Shown piece by piece: positions 1 to 10,993 of a DNA stretch of 64,000 bases. Within the stretch, counting starts at the first letter, position 1. Each line of letters starts with the position of its first letter. This DNA comes from an uncultured Actinomycetes bacterium (lineage in GTDB: Bacteria > Actinomycetota > Acidimicrobiia > Acidimicrobiales > AC-9), in NCBI GenBank assembly GCA_963731255.1, contig CAVSUO010000008.1, forward strand, positions 304,090-368,089, read 5' to 3'. The position numbers and the translations under genes were made by a program. The notes under the pieces are model-generated. The model had not been told where the DNA came from. It made no database searches and saw only the letters and a program-made list of their open reading frames with translations.

Positions 1-113
1 CACCGGGCGCTGCCGGTTCGTCGCCGCCGACGACGGCGCCGGCGGCCCGCGCGACGCCGGCCCCGCCAGCGTCTCCCAACCACGCGACGGTCTCGGGCTC
101 CTCCCAGCGGTGA
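1..113 (+). CDS. 3' end of an upstream ORF with a Pro/Ala-rich tail; its position suggests an FtsL-like septal protein
   Basis: The frame is open from the window edge to TGA 111-113, overlapping GTG 110 of ftsI (GTGA coupling). Identity is positional inference only. Confidence 0.2.
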   Translation, partial: PGAAGSSPPTTAPAARATPAPPASPNHATVSGSSQR

Positions 114-2083
114 GCCCGAGCCGGATGACGCGGGACGCCCGTCCCACGGAGACACCGGCTCCCAGGGACCGTACCGGCAGACCAACCCGGAACGGGCACC
201 CGGCAGGATCGGTCCGCTCGAACGGTCACCCCCGCTCGGCGCCCGCGGCGAACGGACGAGCCGGCCCGGAGACACGGTCGATCCGCGCCGCCCGCCCGCC
301 GAGACGGCCGCCCCTCCAGAGCCGCCGCCTCGTCGTGATCTTCCTCGTGATGGCAGCCGTCGTCGTGGCGGTGGTGGCCCGTCTGATGTACGTCCAGGGT
401 GTCGCGGCCGGCCGGTACGCGGCCGTCGGGCAGGCTCAGCTCCTCCACACCGTGACCGTGCCCGCCCTTCGGGGCTCGGTCGTCGATCGCAACGGCCAGC
501 CGCTCGCCATGTCGGTGCTCCAGACGACCATCGTCGCCGATCCGCACCAGGTCTCCGACCCGAAAGGGGAGGCGGCCGCGCTTGCACCCGTGCTCGGCAC
601 CGACCCCGCCACGCTCGAGCAGAAGCTGAGCCAGAACGCGGGCTTCGTCTACCTGGCTCGGGCCGTCGGTGACGACGTGGCCTCACAGGTCAAGGCGCTG
701 CATCTGCCCGGGCTCACGTTCCTCCCCGAGCCCAAGCGGTTCCTGCCTCAGGGCAACCTGGCCGGCTCGGTGATCGGCCAGGTGGGGACCGACGGGCACG
801 GGCTGGGCGGGGTCGAGTACCAGAAGGACCAGCAGCTCGCGGGCCACGCCGGCAGCACCGTGGTGGAGCGCGACCCCAACGGGAGGCAGCTGCCCGGGGG
901 CCGAGTCGTGCAGTCGGCGCAACCGGGCCAGGGCGTGGTCTTGACCATCGACCGCTCGCTGCAGTTCGACGCCGAGCAGGCGCTGAGCAACGAGATCGTG
1001 ACGTCCAACGCCAAGGGCGGGACCGCCGTGGTCATGGACGCACGCAGCGGTGAGATCCTGGCCATGGCCAACATGACCGCGGGCGCCAACGGTGGCGCTC
1101 CCGTGCAGGCTCCGTCCAACACCGCCCTGACTGGCGTCTACGAGCCAGGATCGGTCACCAAGGTCGTGACCATCGGAGGAGCCCTCCAGGAGCACGTCGT
1201 CACACCCGACCAGCGCTTCACGGTGGCTGACTCGACGCGGGTGGCCGACTCGGTGTTCCACGACGCCGAGGGCCACCCGACGCAGTCGATGTCGGTCTCG
1301 GACATCCTCGCCCAGTCGTCCAACGTGGGGACCATCGGGATCGCCCAGCAGCTCGGCAAGGACAAGCTCGGCGCCTACCTCCGCGCCTTCGGCCTCGGGA
1401 AGCGAACCGGGCTCGGATTTCCAGGCGAGTCGGCGGGGCTGCTGCTCAACCCGGCGCACGAGTCGGGTACCGACATCGCCACCGTCCCGATCGGCCAGGG
1501 CGAGGCGGTGACCGCGGTTCAGATGCTCGACGCCTACAACACGGTGGCCAACGGGGGGTCCTTCGTCCCGCCCCGGTTGGTGCGGGCGACGATCGGCTCC
1601 GACGGCGCCCAGCACGCAGTTCCGACGGCTCGAGCGCACCGCGTCGTGTCGACGAGCACGGCCCAGCAGCTGACGACCATGCTGCAACAGGTGGTGCAGT
1701 CGGGGACGGGCACGACGGCGGCCCTCAGCGGCTACTCGGTGGCAGGCAAGACCGGCACCGCCCAGAAGCCGCTCGCCAACGGCACGGGGTACCAGCCCGG
1801 CGCCTACATGGCGACGTTCGTGGGCTTCGTCCCCGCTCAGCACCCGGCCATCAGCGCCATCGTGGTGCTGGACCAGCCGACCCCGATCTTCGGCGGCGTG
1901 GTGGCGGCCCCTGTGTTCGCCCAGATCGCCCAGTACGAGCTGCATCGCCTGGGAGTCCCGCCGACTCCGCCGGCCCCGCCGGGAGCGCCCGCCCAGCCGG
2001 GGGCGCCGGGGGGAGCGAGCGGGCCGACGACGAGCCCGCCCACTACGCTCGCCGGGTCAAGTACGACGCGAAACTCGCCGTAG
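110..2083 (+). CDS. ftsI: Penicillin-binding protein 2 / FtsI-type transpeptidase
   Basis: Intact 657-aa ORF with an N-terminal TM helix (LVVIFLVMAAVVVAVVA). Carries the SxxK (SVTK), SxN (SSN) and KTG (GKTGTA) motifs and sits at the head of the dcw cluster. The exact start is uncertain. Confidence 0.9.
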   Translation: MSPSRMTRDARPTETPAPRDRTGRPTRNGHPAGSVRSNGHPRSAPAANGRAGPETRSIRAARPPRRPPLQSRRLVVIFLVMAAVVVAVVARLMYVQGVAAGRYAAVGQAQLLHTVTVPALRGSVVDRNGQPLAMSVLQTTIVADPHQVSDPKGEAAALAPVLGTDPATLEQKLSQNAGFVYLARAVGDDVASQVKALHLPGLTFLPEPKRFLPQGNLAGSVIGQVGTDGHGLGGVEYQKDQQLAGHAGSTVVERDPNGRQLPGGRVVQSAQPGQGVVLTIDRSLQFDAEQALSNEIVTSNAKGGTAVVMDARSGEILAMANMTAGANGGAPVQAPSNTALTGVYEPGSVTKVVTIGGALQEHVVTPDQRFTVADSTRVADSVFHDAEGHPTQSMSVSDILAQSSNVGTIGIAQQLGKDKLGAYLRAFGLGKRTGLGFPGESAGLLLNPAHESGTDIATVPIGQGEAVTAVQMLDAYNTVANGGSFVPPRLVRATIGSDGAQHAVPTARAHRVVSTSTAQQLTTMLQQVVQSGTGTTAALSGYSVAGKTGTAQKPLANGTGYQPGAYMATFVGFVPAQHPAISAIVVLDQPTPIFGGVVAAPVFAQIAQYELHRLGVPPTPPAPPGAPAQPGAPGGASGPTTSPPTTLAGSSTTRNSP

Positions 2084-2105
2084 TCAGGTAGGGATCGTCG
2101 GGCCC

Positions 2106-3539
2106 GTGCGACTCGATCGACTGCTCGGGCAGGTCGACGTGCTGGAGACCCGAGGGGACCCAGCTGATGTCGACGTGCGCACCATCACCTTCGACACCGC
2201 TGACGTGGTTCCCGGGGCGCTCTACTGCTGCGTCCCCGGCGGCCGCTTCGACGGCCACGACTTCGCGCCCGGCGCCGTGGCCGCGGGAGCGTCGGCCCTG
2301 CTGTGCGAACGGCTCCTGCCGCTCGACGTCGTGCAGGTCCGCGTGCAGGAGGGGTGTGTGCGGCCGGCGATGGCCCAGGTCGCAGCCGCCTTCCACGACC
2401 ATCCTGCCGATCGCCTCCGCGTCGTGGGCGTCACGGGCACCAACGGCAAGACCACGGTCACCCATCTCGTGGGCGCCATCCTCGGAGGCGAACGGATGGC
2501 CGACCGCGGTGATCGGCACCCTCACCGGAGGGCTGACCACGCCCGAGGCGCCCGTCGGTGCAACGTAGCCTCGCGTCCGACCGGGATGCGGGGCGGGTGG
2601 CCGTGGCCATGGAGGTCTCGTCCCACGCCTTGATCCAGCACCGCGTCGATGCCATCCGCTTCGCCGTCGCCGTCTTCACCAACCTGACCCAGGACCACCT
2701 CGACTACCACGGCACCATGGACGCGTACTTCGCGGCCAAGGCGCTGCTGTTCACACCGGAGCGGAGCCGAGACGGCGTGGTCAACGCTGACGACCCCTGG
2801 GGCCGGCGGCTGCTCGACGACGGCGGAGATCGAGCTACGCCCCTTCTCACTGGCTGACGCCGCCGACCTCGCGCTGGGTCCGCTCGGCAGCTCCTTTCGC
2901 TGGGGGGGCACGTGCGGTGACCCTCACCTCAGCGGGCCGGTTCAACGTCGTCAACGCCCTGGCGGCCGCCACCGCCGCCCGCCAGCTCGGCGTCGACCCG
3001 CGGCGTCGTGGCCGACGGGCTGTCGTCGCCTCGCCGGTGTCCGGGCCGGTTCGAGATGGTCGACGCCGGCCAGGCCTTCACGGTCGTGGTCGACTACGCC
3101 CACACCCCCGACGGCGCTCGAGCAGGCGCTCGGCCGCTGCCGGACGTCGCGGCCCCGGGCGGCCGGGTGATCGTGGTGTTCGGGTGCGGCGGCGACCGCG
3201 ACCGGCCAAGCGGCCCGCTGATGGGCGCGGCGTCGCCACGGCTGGCCGACCTCGCCGTGCTCACCTCGGACAACCCCCGCAGCGAGGATCCGCTGGCCAT
3301 CATCGGCGAGGTCGCGGCCGGCGGGGTCGACCGGCGCCGACCGGCTGGTCGTCGAGCCCGACCGGGCGGCCGCCATCGCGCTGGCCGTCGACTGCCGCCC
3401 GGCCCGGGCGACGTCGTGCGTCGTGGCCGGCAAGGGCCACGAGACCGGGCAGGAGATCGGCGACCGCGTGCTCGCCTTCGACGACCGCGAGGTCGACCCG
3501 GCGCCGCCATCGCGGCTGGCCGGGGCGTCGGCGATGATC
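2106..3539 (+). pseudogene. murE: UDP-MurNAc-tripeptide synthetase MurE, frame-disrupted as sequenced (several indels)
   Basis: MurE motifs are spread over four frames: GTNGKTT (ORF 2106), EVSSHAL/DHLDYH (ORF 2558), DYAHTPD, GCGGDRD and LTSDNPRSEDP (ORF 3008), AGKGHE (ORF 3423). An extra G at about 2484-2485 causes the first shift. Confidence 0.85.
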
Positions 3540-4604
3540 GCCCTCCTCCTCGCCGGCGGCGTCGCCCTGCTCGTCGCCGCTGCTCGGCACGCCGCTGCTG
3601 ATCCGCTGGCTGCGCGGCCACGGGCATCGGCCAGCAGATCCGCGAGGACGGCCCGCAGGGCCACGTCACCAAGGCGGGCACCCCGACCATGGGCGGCATC
3701 GGCGATCGTCGCCGCCGCCGTCTGGCTATGCCGCCGGCTACCTCGATCGGCTCACGGCCTCGAGATCGGCGCCGTCTTCACCACTCCGGGGCTGACGGTG
3801 ATGCTCGCCATCGTGCGGCGCCGGCGCTCGTCGGCCTGGTCGACGACTGGATCAAGGTGCGCCAGCCAGCGCAGCCTCGGGCCTCAACAAGCGGGCCAAG
3901 ATCGCTCGGCCAGCTGGTGGTCGGCCGTCGGCTTCGCCGTCGCTCGCGCTGCACTGGGCGAGGTCGACACCCACCTGTCGTTCACCCGCTCGAACTCGCC
4001 GGCGCTCGCACCTGGGCAGCGTCGGGTGGGCGGTCTTGGCCGTGCTCGTGCATCATCGGCTCGACCAACGCCGTCAACCTCACCGACGGGCTCGACGGCC
4101 TGGCCGCCGGCTCGTCGGCCTTCGCCTTCTCGGCCTTCGCGGTCATCGGCTACTGGCAGTTCCGCCACTTCGGCCTCTACCACGTGCCCCAGCCACGCCC
4201 TCGACCTGGCCCTCATCGCCGCGGCGATGGTCGGCGGCCTGCGCCGGCTTCCTGTGGTGGAACGCCGCGCCCGGCCCAGATCTTCATGGGCGACACCGGC
4301 TCGCTCGCCATCGGCGCCGCGCTGGCCGGCCTGTGCCTGGTCGAGAACGTCGACCTGCTGCTGCCCGTCATCGGCGGCCTGTTCGTGCTCGAGACGCTGT
4401 CGGTGGTCATCCAGGTCGCCAGCTTCCGGCTGTTCCACCGGCGGGTGTTCCGGATGGCGCCGATCCACCACCACTTCGAGCTGCGGCGGCTGGCCGGAGA
4501 CGACGGTGATCGTGCGGTTCTGGATCCTGGCCGGCGCTGTGCACGGCCCTGGCCCTCGGGCTCTTCTACGCCGACTTCATCTCCCTCGGGTGGCGGTCGA
4601 CTGA
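3536..4604 (+). pseudogene. mraY: Phospho-MurNAc-pentapeptide translocase MraY, frame-disrupted
   Basis: MIALLLAGG start at ATG 3536. GTPTMGG, VDDWIKV, NAVNLTDGLDGLAAG, FMGDTGSLAIGAALA and APIHHHFEL segments alternate between ORFs 3423, 3689 and 4036. TGA 4602-4604 overlaps ATG 4604. Confidence 0.85.
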
Positions 4605-6000
4605 TGGCCGGTCCGGCGCCGCGTCCCGCGCCGGTGCGCTCGTGGTCGGCCTGGCGTCACCGGCGAGGCCGTGGCCCGGCACTGCTGCGACGGGGCCACG
4701 CGCGTGGTCGCCGTCGACGACCGCCGCCGACGAGGCCGCGCGCGCCGGGCCGCCGAGCCTCGGCGTCGAGCTCGTCGAGGCGCCGACGGCCGCGACGCTG
4801 GCCGAGCCCTGGCGGCCGGCGCCGAGCTGGTGGTGCCGAGCCCCGGCGTGCCCGGCCAGCCACCCGGTGTTCGCGCTCGGCGACGCGCCGGCGTCCCGTG
4901 GTGGAGCGAGATCGAGCTGGCGGCGCCGGCTGGGCCGAGCGCTCCCGCTGGTGGCCATCACCGGCACCAACGGCAAGACGACGGTGACCACCCTGGTCGA
5001 CCGCCATGCTCGCCGGCGTCGGGCCGCGCGCGGTGGCCGCCGGCAACATCGACCTGCCGCTGGTCGACGCCGTCGACGCGCGGCGCTCGACGTGATGGTG
5101 GTCGAGGTGTCGTCGTTCCAGCTTGCAGCTTCACCGAGCGCTTCCATCCCGGCGTCGGCCGCTGGCTCAACGTGGCCGAGGACCACCTCGACTGGCACCC
5201 GACGTCGACGCACTACGTCGCGGCCAAGGCCCGCATCTGGGCCAACCAGGGCCCGGCGACGTGGCCGTGGCCAACGCCGACGACCCGGTGGTCGATGGCC
5301 GCGGCCGGCGTCGGCCGGCCGGTGTCCGGTGGTCACGTTCGGCCTCGGGCGCCGGCGGAGCTGCCGCGTCGACGGGCGAGCCGCTGGTCGACGCCGGCCG
5401 GCGAGCCGATCGCCGGCGTCGGCGAGCTGCCCCGCGCGCCTGCCCCACGACCTGGCCAACGCCCTGGCCGCCGCGGCCAGCGCGCTCGGCGGCCGGCGCC
5501 GACGCTCGACGGCGTGCGCGCGCCGTGCTGCGCCGACTTCGCGGGGCTCGCCCACCGGGTCGAGCTGGTCGGCGAGGCTGGTGGGCGTGCGCGTGGTACG
5601 ACGACTCCAAGGCGACGACGCCGGCGTCGGTGCTGGCCGCCGCTGGCGGGCTTCGACTCGGTCGTGCTCATCGCCGGCGGGCCGCAACAAGGGCCTCGAC
5701 CTGGCGTCGCTGCGGGCACGCGCGCCGCCGGTGCGCGCCGTCGTCGCCATCGGCGAGGCGGCCGCCGAGGTCGAGGCGGCCTTCGCCGGAGCCGGCGCCG
5801 AGGTCGTGGCGGCCGGCGTCGATGGACGAGGCGGTGCGCCGCCGCCGGCGGCCTGGCCCGCCCCGGCGACGCCGTGCTGCTGTCGCCCGGGCTGCGCCTC
5901 CTTCGACTGGTACCGCTCCTACGCCGAGCGGGGCGACGACTTCGCCCGCCTGGCTGCGCGGGTGCGGACCGGCCGGCCTCCGGTGGGACGGCACTGGGAC
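4604..6000 (+). pseudogene. murD: UDP-MurNAc-L-Ala-D-Glu ligase MurD, frame-disrupted; the 3' boundary is approximate
   Basis: [46 protein letters not shown] and [20 protein letters not shown] segments hop among ORFs 4642, 4671 and 5123. I found no stop codon in any + frame between about 5097 and 6195. Confidence 0.8.
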
Positions 6001-7346
6001 GACGACCGCCCGTGCGTCGACCCACGGCGGCGTCGGCGGGGCGACCCGCCGGGACCGCGCCACCGTGGCTCGGCCGCGGTCGCAGACCGGCCGGCCGCCC
6101 GCCGTCCCACGGGCAGCGCGGACTGGCGCTCGGGGCCGTGCGTCGGCCTCGGCTCGTCCGTCGGTCAGCGTGCTCACTCGTCGTCATCGGCCTGGTGATG
6201 GTGCTGTCGGCCTCGTCGGTCGCAGGCGATCGTCCAGTACGGCATCCCGTGGTCCTACTTCGAGCGCCAGGTCCTCTGGGTGGCCTCGGCGCGGTCGCCC
6301 TGGCCGTGTGCGCCAGGCTCGACTACCGCACTGGCGCCGCTTCAGCGTCCCGCTGCTCGGCCTCGTCGCTCGTCCTGCTCGTCGCGGTGCTGGTCCCCGG
6401 CGTCGGGCGTCGCTGTCGACGGGTCGAGCCGCTGGCTCGGGTTCGGGCTCGTTCCAGATCCAGCCGTCGGAGCTGGCCAAGCTGGCCCTCGTCGCTCTTC
6501 GCCGCCGACCTGCTGGCCCGGCGGGCCGATCGGATGCGCGACAGTGGGCGTGCACCGTGCCGGCCGGTGGCCATGGTCGTTCGTCGTCGCTGGCCGCTGC
6601 TCGTCATGAAGCAGCCCGACATGGGCACGACGATCGTCCTGGTCGGCATCGCCGTTCGGCCATGCTCTTCGTGGCCGGCACGCCGGCTCGCGACGCTGGC
6701 GGTCCTCGTCCTGGGCAGCGCCGGCGGCCGGCGGTCCTGCTCGGCGTCGCCGCGCCCTACCGGCTGCACCGCGCTGCTGTCGTTCCTGCGACCCGTGGGC
6801 GCGACCGAGCCGAACACCGGCTACCAGGTCGTCCAGGCGCTGGTGGGCTTGGGCTCGCGGCCAGCTCGTGGTCGGCGTCGGGCTCGGCGCCAGCCGGGCG
6901 AAGAGGGGCTACCTGCCCAACGCCCACACCGACTTCATCTTCGCCATCATCGGCGAGGAGCTGGGCCTGATCGGGTGCCTCCTCGTGGTCGGCCTGTTCG
7001 TGGCGCTTCGCCGTCCTCGGCGTGCGCACGGCGGCCCGGGCCCCCGACCGCTTCGGCGCGCTCCTGGCCGCCGGCATCACGGCGTGGATCGTCGTGCCAG
7101 GCCCTCATCAACATCGGCGCCGTGATCGGCCTGCTGCCGGTGACCGGCGTGCCGCTGCCGTTCGTCTCCTTCGGCGGGTCGTCGCTGGTGATCGTCATGG
7201 CTGCCACCGGCCTCCTGTTGAGCGTGGCGCGCGAGCGGCCGGCCCCGTCGGGCGCCGGTCGCCAGCGTCACTCCAGCGGCTACGCAGGAGGTCGTGGTGA
7301 CCAGGACGGCGTGGCGCGGGCGGACCCGGTCAGCGCCATGCAGTGA
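6000..7346 (+). pseudogene. ftsW: Lipid II flippase / SEDS protein FtsW, frame-disrupted; the 5' boundary is approximate
   Basis: [58 protein letters not shown] and [13 protein letters not shown] segments are split over three frames. TGA 7344-7346 overlaps GTG 7343. Confidence 0.8.
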
Positions 7347-8561
7347 CCGATCCCGTGCGACCGACTCGTCCGCGACCGGGTCGCCTGTCGCCGCGTGCAC
7401 CTTCGCCGTGGTCGCCGGCGGCGGGACCGCCGGGCACGTCCTGCCCGCCCTGGCCGTCGGCCGGGCCCTGGTGGAGCGGGGACGTCCCGCCGATCCATCC
7501 ACTTCGTCGGGCTCTCGGCGCGGCATCGAGGCCCGCCTGGTGCCCGAGGCCGGGTTCGCGCTGACGCTCCTGCCCGGCCGGGGGATCGAGCGCCGGCTCA
7601 GCCGGGCCAACCTGGACGCCGTCGCCGGGCCTCGCTGTGGCCGTCGGCCGGTCGCTCGGCCTGGTGGCCAGCCGGCGGCCGGCCGTCGTGCTCGTCCGTC
7701 GGCGGCTACGCCGGCGTTGCCGGCGGCTCTGGCTGCGGTGTTGCTGCGGGTGCCGCTGGTCGTGGCCGAGTCGAACGCCGTGCCGGGCGCGGCCAACCGC
7801 GCTGGCCGGCCGGTTCGCGGCGGCCGCCGCCGTGGCCTTCGCCGGGACACGCCCTGCCCCGGGCCGTCGTGACCGGGAACCCGGTGCGGCCCGAGGTGCT
7901 CGCCGTCGACCGCGTCGTCGGCGGGTCGGCGCGGCGGCCCGGGCCGAGCTCGGGCTGCCGACCGGGCCGGTCGCGTCGTCGCCGTGTTCGGCGGCTCGCT
8001 CGGGGCCTGCGGCATCAACGAGGCCGCGCTCGACCTGGTCAGGCGCTGGGCCGACCCGCAGGACGTGCCATCTACCACGTCGTCGGGCGCGGGACTGGCC
8101 CGAGCTGTCGAGCCGGGCCGCGGCGCTCGAGCTCGACCGGCCTCTCTACCGGCCGGTGCGAGTACGAGGACCGGATGCCGACGCTGCTATGCGGCCGCCG
8201 ACCTCGCTGTCTGCCGGGCGGCGGCCACCACGGTGGCCGAGCTCGCCGTCGGTGGGTCTGCCCGCCGTGCTCGTGCCCCTGCCCGGCGCCCCGGGACGAC
8301 CACCAGACGGCCAACGCTCGGCTGGCTGGCGGAGGCCGGCGCCGCCGTGAGTCGTGCCCGACGGCGAGTGCACAGCGGTCCGGCTGGCGGCCGAGCTCGA
8401 CGCCCTGCTGGCCGATCCCGACCGGCTGGCGGCGATGGGCGGCCGAGCGCGGCAGGTGGGACGGCCCCGGGCGGCCGACGAGGTGGCCGGCCTCGTCGAG
8501 AAGCACGCCCGCCCGAGACACGGCCGGCCCGGAGGCCGGCCCGGAGGCCGGCCGCACGTGA
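7343..8561 (+). pseudogene. murG: Lipid II GlcNAc transferase MurG, frame-disrupted
   Basis: FAVVAGGGTAGHVLPALAV (ORF 7294) and later MurG-like segments lie in ORFs 7395, 7637, 7984 and 8354. The end GTGA at 8558-8561 overlaps the murC start. The start is uncertain (GTG 7294 follows an AGGAGG and is an alternative). Confidence 0.75.
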
Positions 8562-9943
8562 CCGAGCGCGTGTCGTTCGATCTCAGCGCGCCGCGGCGCA
8601 TCCATCTGGTCGGCATCGGCGGCGCCGGCATGAGCGCCATCGCGACGGTGCTGTCGGCCATGGGCCACACCGGTCACCGGCAGCGACCTCAGGGCGTCGC
8701 TCACGCTCGATCGTCTCGGGGCCGCCGGGGTGCAGGTGTCGGTCGGTCACGGGCCGAGAACCTGGGGAGCGCCGACGCCGTCGCCGTCTCGACGGCGGTG
8801 CCCCGGTCGAACCCCGAGGTCGCCGCGGCACGCGAGCGCGGGCATCCCGGTGCTGCGCCGGGCCGAGATCCTGGCCGCCATCGTCGCCACCCGGCGCACC
8901 GTCGCGGTCGCCGGCACCCACGGCAAGACGACGACCTCGCTCGATGCTCGCCCTCGTCCTGGTCGAGGCCGGACTGCGACCGTCGTTCATCGTCGGCGGC
9001 GACCTCAACGAGGTCGGTACCGGGGCGGTCTGGGACGACGGGGAATGGCTGGCGGTCGAAGCCGACGAGAGCGACGGCACGTTCCTGCAGCTCGCGCCCG
9101 AGGTGGTGCTCGTCACCAACGTCGAGCCCGATCACCTCGAGCACTACGGTTCGTTCGAGTCCCTCGTCGGGGCGTTCGAGTCGTTTCTGACCGAGGCGCC
9201 CGGCCCGAGGGTCGTCTGCGCCGACGATCCTGTCGCTGCCAGGCTGGGCGCCCAGGTGGGTGCGATCAGCTACGGCATGTCGCGCTCGTCGACCTATCGG
9301 ATGATCGACGTGGAGAGCCGCCGGAGCAACACGACCTTCTCGCTCGAGCACGAGGGCCGGCGCATCGGTCGGCTCGAGCTGCCCGTACCCGGTCTGCACA
9401 ACGCCCCCAACGCGCCGGGGCGGTCGTGACGGGGTTGGCGCTCGGTGCGGACATGGCTGCGGCTCAGCGGGCGCTCGCCCGCTTCGCCGGCGTGGCTCGC
9501 CGGTTCCAGTTCCGGGGTGAACAGGGAGGGGTGAGCTTCGTCGACGACTACGCCCACCTGCCCGGCGAGGTGCTGGCGACCCTCGGCAGCGGCGCGGTCT
9601 GGAGGCTGGCGTCGGATCGTCTGCGTGTTCCAGCCCCACCGGTACTCGCGTACGGCGACGCTGTGGCGGGACTTCGCCGACGCCTTCGAGGGAGCCGACG
9701 TCGTGGTCGTCACCGACGTGTACCCGGCCGGCGAGCGGCCCCGGCCCGGCGTGTCGGGCCAGCTCGTGGTCCAGGCCGTGCGGGACGCCCATCCCCGCCA
9801 GCAGGTGAAGTACGTGCCTGGTCGGGCGGCTCTCATGTCCGAGCTGCGGGGAACGCTCGCGGCCGGGGGACCTCTGCCTGACCCTCGGTGCCGGCGATCT
9901 CACCTCCCTACCCGACGAGTTGCTGGTCGACGCCGCGTGGTAG
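8558..9943 (+). pseudogene. murC: UDP-MurNAc-L-alanine ligase MurC, frame-disrupted
   Basis: HLVGIGGAGMSAIA (ORF 8354), VAGTHGKTTT (ORF 8730), EADESDGTFL..NVEPDHLEHYG (ORF 7984), VDDYAHLPGEV (ORF 8730) and FQPHRYSRT (ORF 9625). TAG at 9941-9943. Confidence 0.85.
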
Positions 9944-10890
9944 CCAGGGCGGCCGGAGGGCGCGGAGCGGTCGAGCGCGGAGCCGTCGAGCAGGCGGCAG
10001 CGGTGCTCGGGGCCCGTGCACGGCGTGACCGGCCCATCGGTCCGCTCACGACGTACCGGGTGGGAGGACGGGCGGCGCTTGCAGTGGAGATCGCAAGTAG
10101 CGACGACCTCCGCGTGGCGCGCGACGCCGTCAGCGCCAGCGGCGTGCCGGTGCTGGTCGTGGGCAAGGGCTCCAACCTCCTCGTCGCCGACGCCGGCTTT
10201 CCCGGGCTCGTCGTCCAGCTGGGCGACGCGTTCTCCACGATCGAGATGGACGGGACCCGGGTTCGGGCCGGTGCCGCCGTGGGTCTCCCGGTGCTGGCCC
10301 GACGATCGGCCCACGTCGGGCTGACCGGGCTCGAATGGGCAGTGGGCGTCCCGGGATCGGTCGGCGGGGCGGTGCGCATGAACGCCGGCGGGCACGGCTC
10401 GGAGACGAGCGAGCGACTCGAGCGGTGCTGCCTCGTCGACCTGCGTAGCGGGGACGAGGAGGTCGCAGGCGTCGACCGGCTGGACTACTCGTACCGCCAC
10501 TCGAGTGTGACGAGCCACCACGTCGTCCTCTGGGCCGACTTCGCCGTGTCCACCGGCGACGTGGAGGCGGCCGAGGCGGAGATCGCCGAGATCGTCCGGT
10601 GGCGTCGCCAGCACCAGCCGGGGGGCCAGAACGCCGGCTCGGTGTTCACGAACCCGCCCGGTGACTCCGCGGGCCGGCTCATCGAGACCGCCGGCCTCAA
10701 GGGCCACCGCATCGGCTCGGCGTGCGTGTCGACCAAGCACGCCAACTTCTTCCAAGCGGACCCCGGTGGCTCGGCCGACGACGTTCGGGCCCTGGTCGAC
10801 GAGGTCCGTCGCCTGGTGGCCGAGCGCGTCGGCGTGACGCTTCGAACCGAGCTCAAGCTCATCGGGTTCGAGACCTCGACCTCAACCTGA
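9937..10890 (+). CDS. murB: UDP-N-acetylenolpyruvoylglucosamine reductase MurB
   Basis: The 3' part of ORF 9625..10890 is intact: PLTTYRVGG, VLVVGKGSNLL, GSVGGAVRMNAGGHG, GSVFTNP. GTG 9937 overlaps the murC stop. Confidence 0.85.
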   Translation: MVARAAGGRGAVERGAVEQAAAVLGARARRDRPIGPLTTYRVGGRAALAVEIASSDDLRVARDAVSASGVPVLVVGKGSNLLVADAGFPGLVVQLGDAFSTIEMDGTRVRAGAAVGLPVLARRSAHVGLTGLEWAVGVPGSVGGAVRMNAGGHGSETSERLERCCLVDLRSGDEEVAGVDRLDYSYRHSSVTSHHVVLWADFAVSTGDVEAAEAEIAEIVRWRRQHQPGGQNAGSVFTNPPGDSAGRLIETAGLKGHRIGSACVSTKHANFFQADPGGSADDVRALVDEVRRLVAERVGVTLRTELKLIGFETSTST

Positions 10891-10993
10891 GCCTCAACTT
10901 CACCTTTACCGTGGACCTCCAGTTGACGGTGAGCTCGGCCCGCCGCCAGGTGGGATCCCCGCCATGGGAGGAACGACGTGAAAGGGTGAGGGC

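Noticed and set aside
683-1945. A 420-aa ORF antisense to ftsI. Similar long antisense or out-of-frame ORFs occur elsewhere, for example 8701-10755(-), 31861-33723(-), 38101-40158(+) and 51741-53480(-).
   Set aside because: Their translations are Arg/Gly/Pro/His-rich with no motifs. They mirror well-supported genes on the other strand. Stop codons are rare in all frames at this GC content, so these are shadow ORFs.
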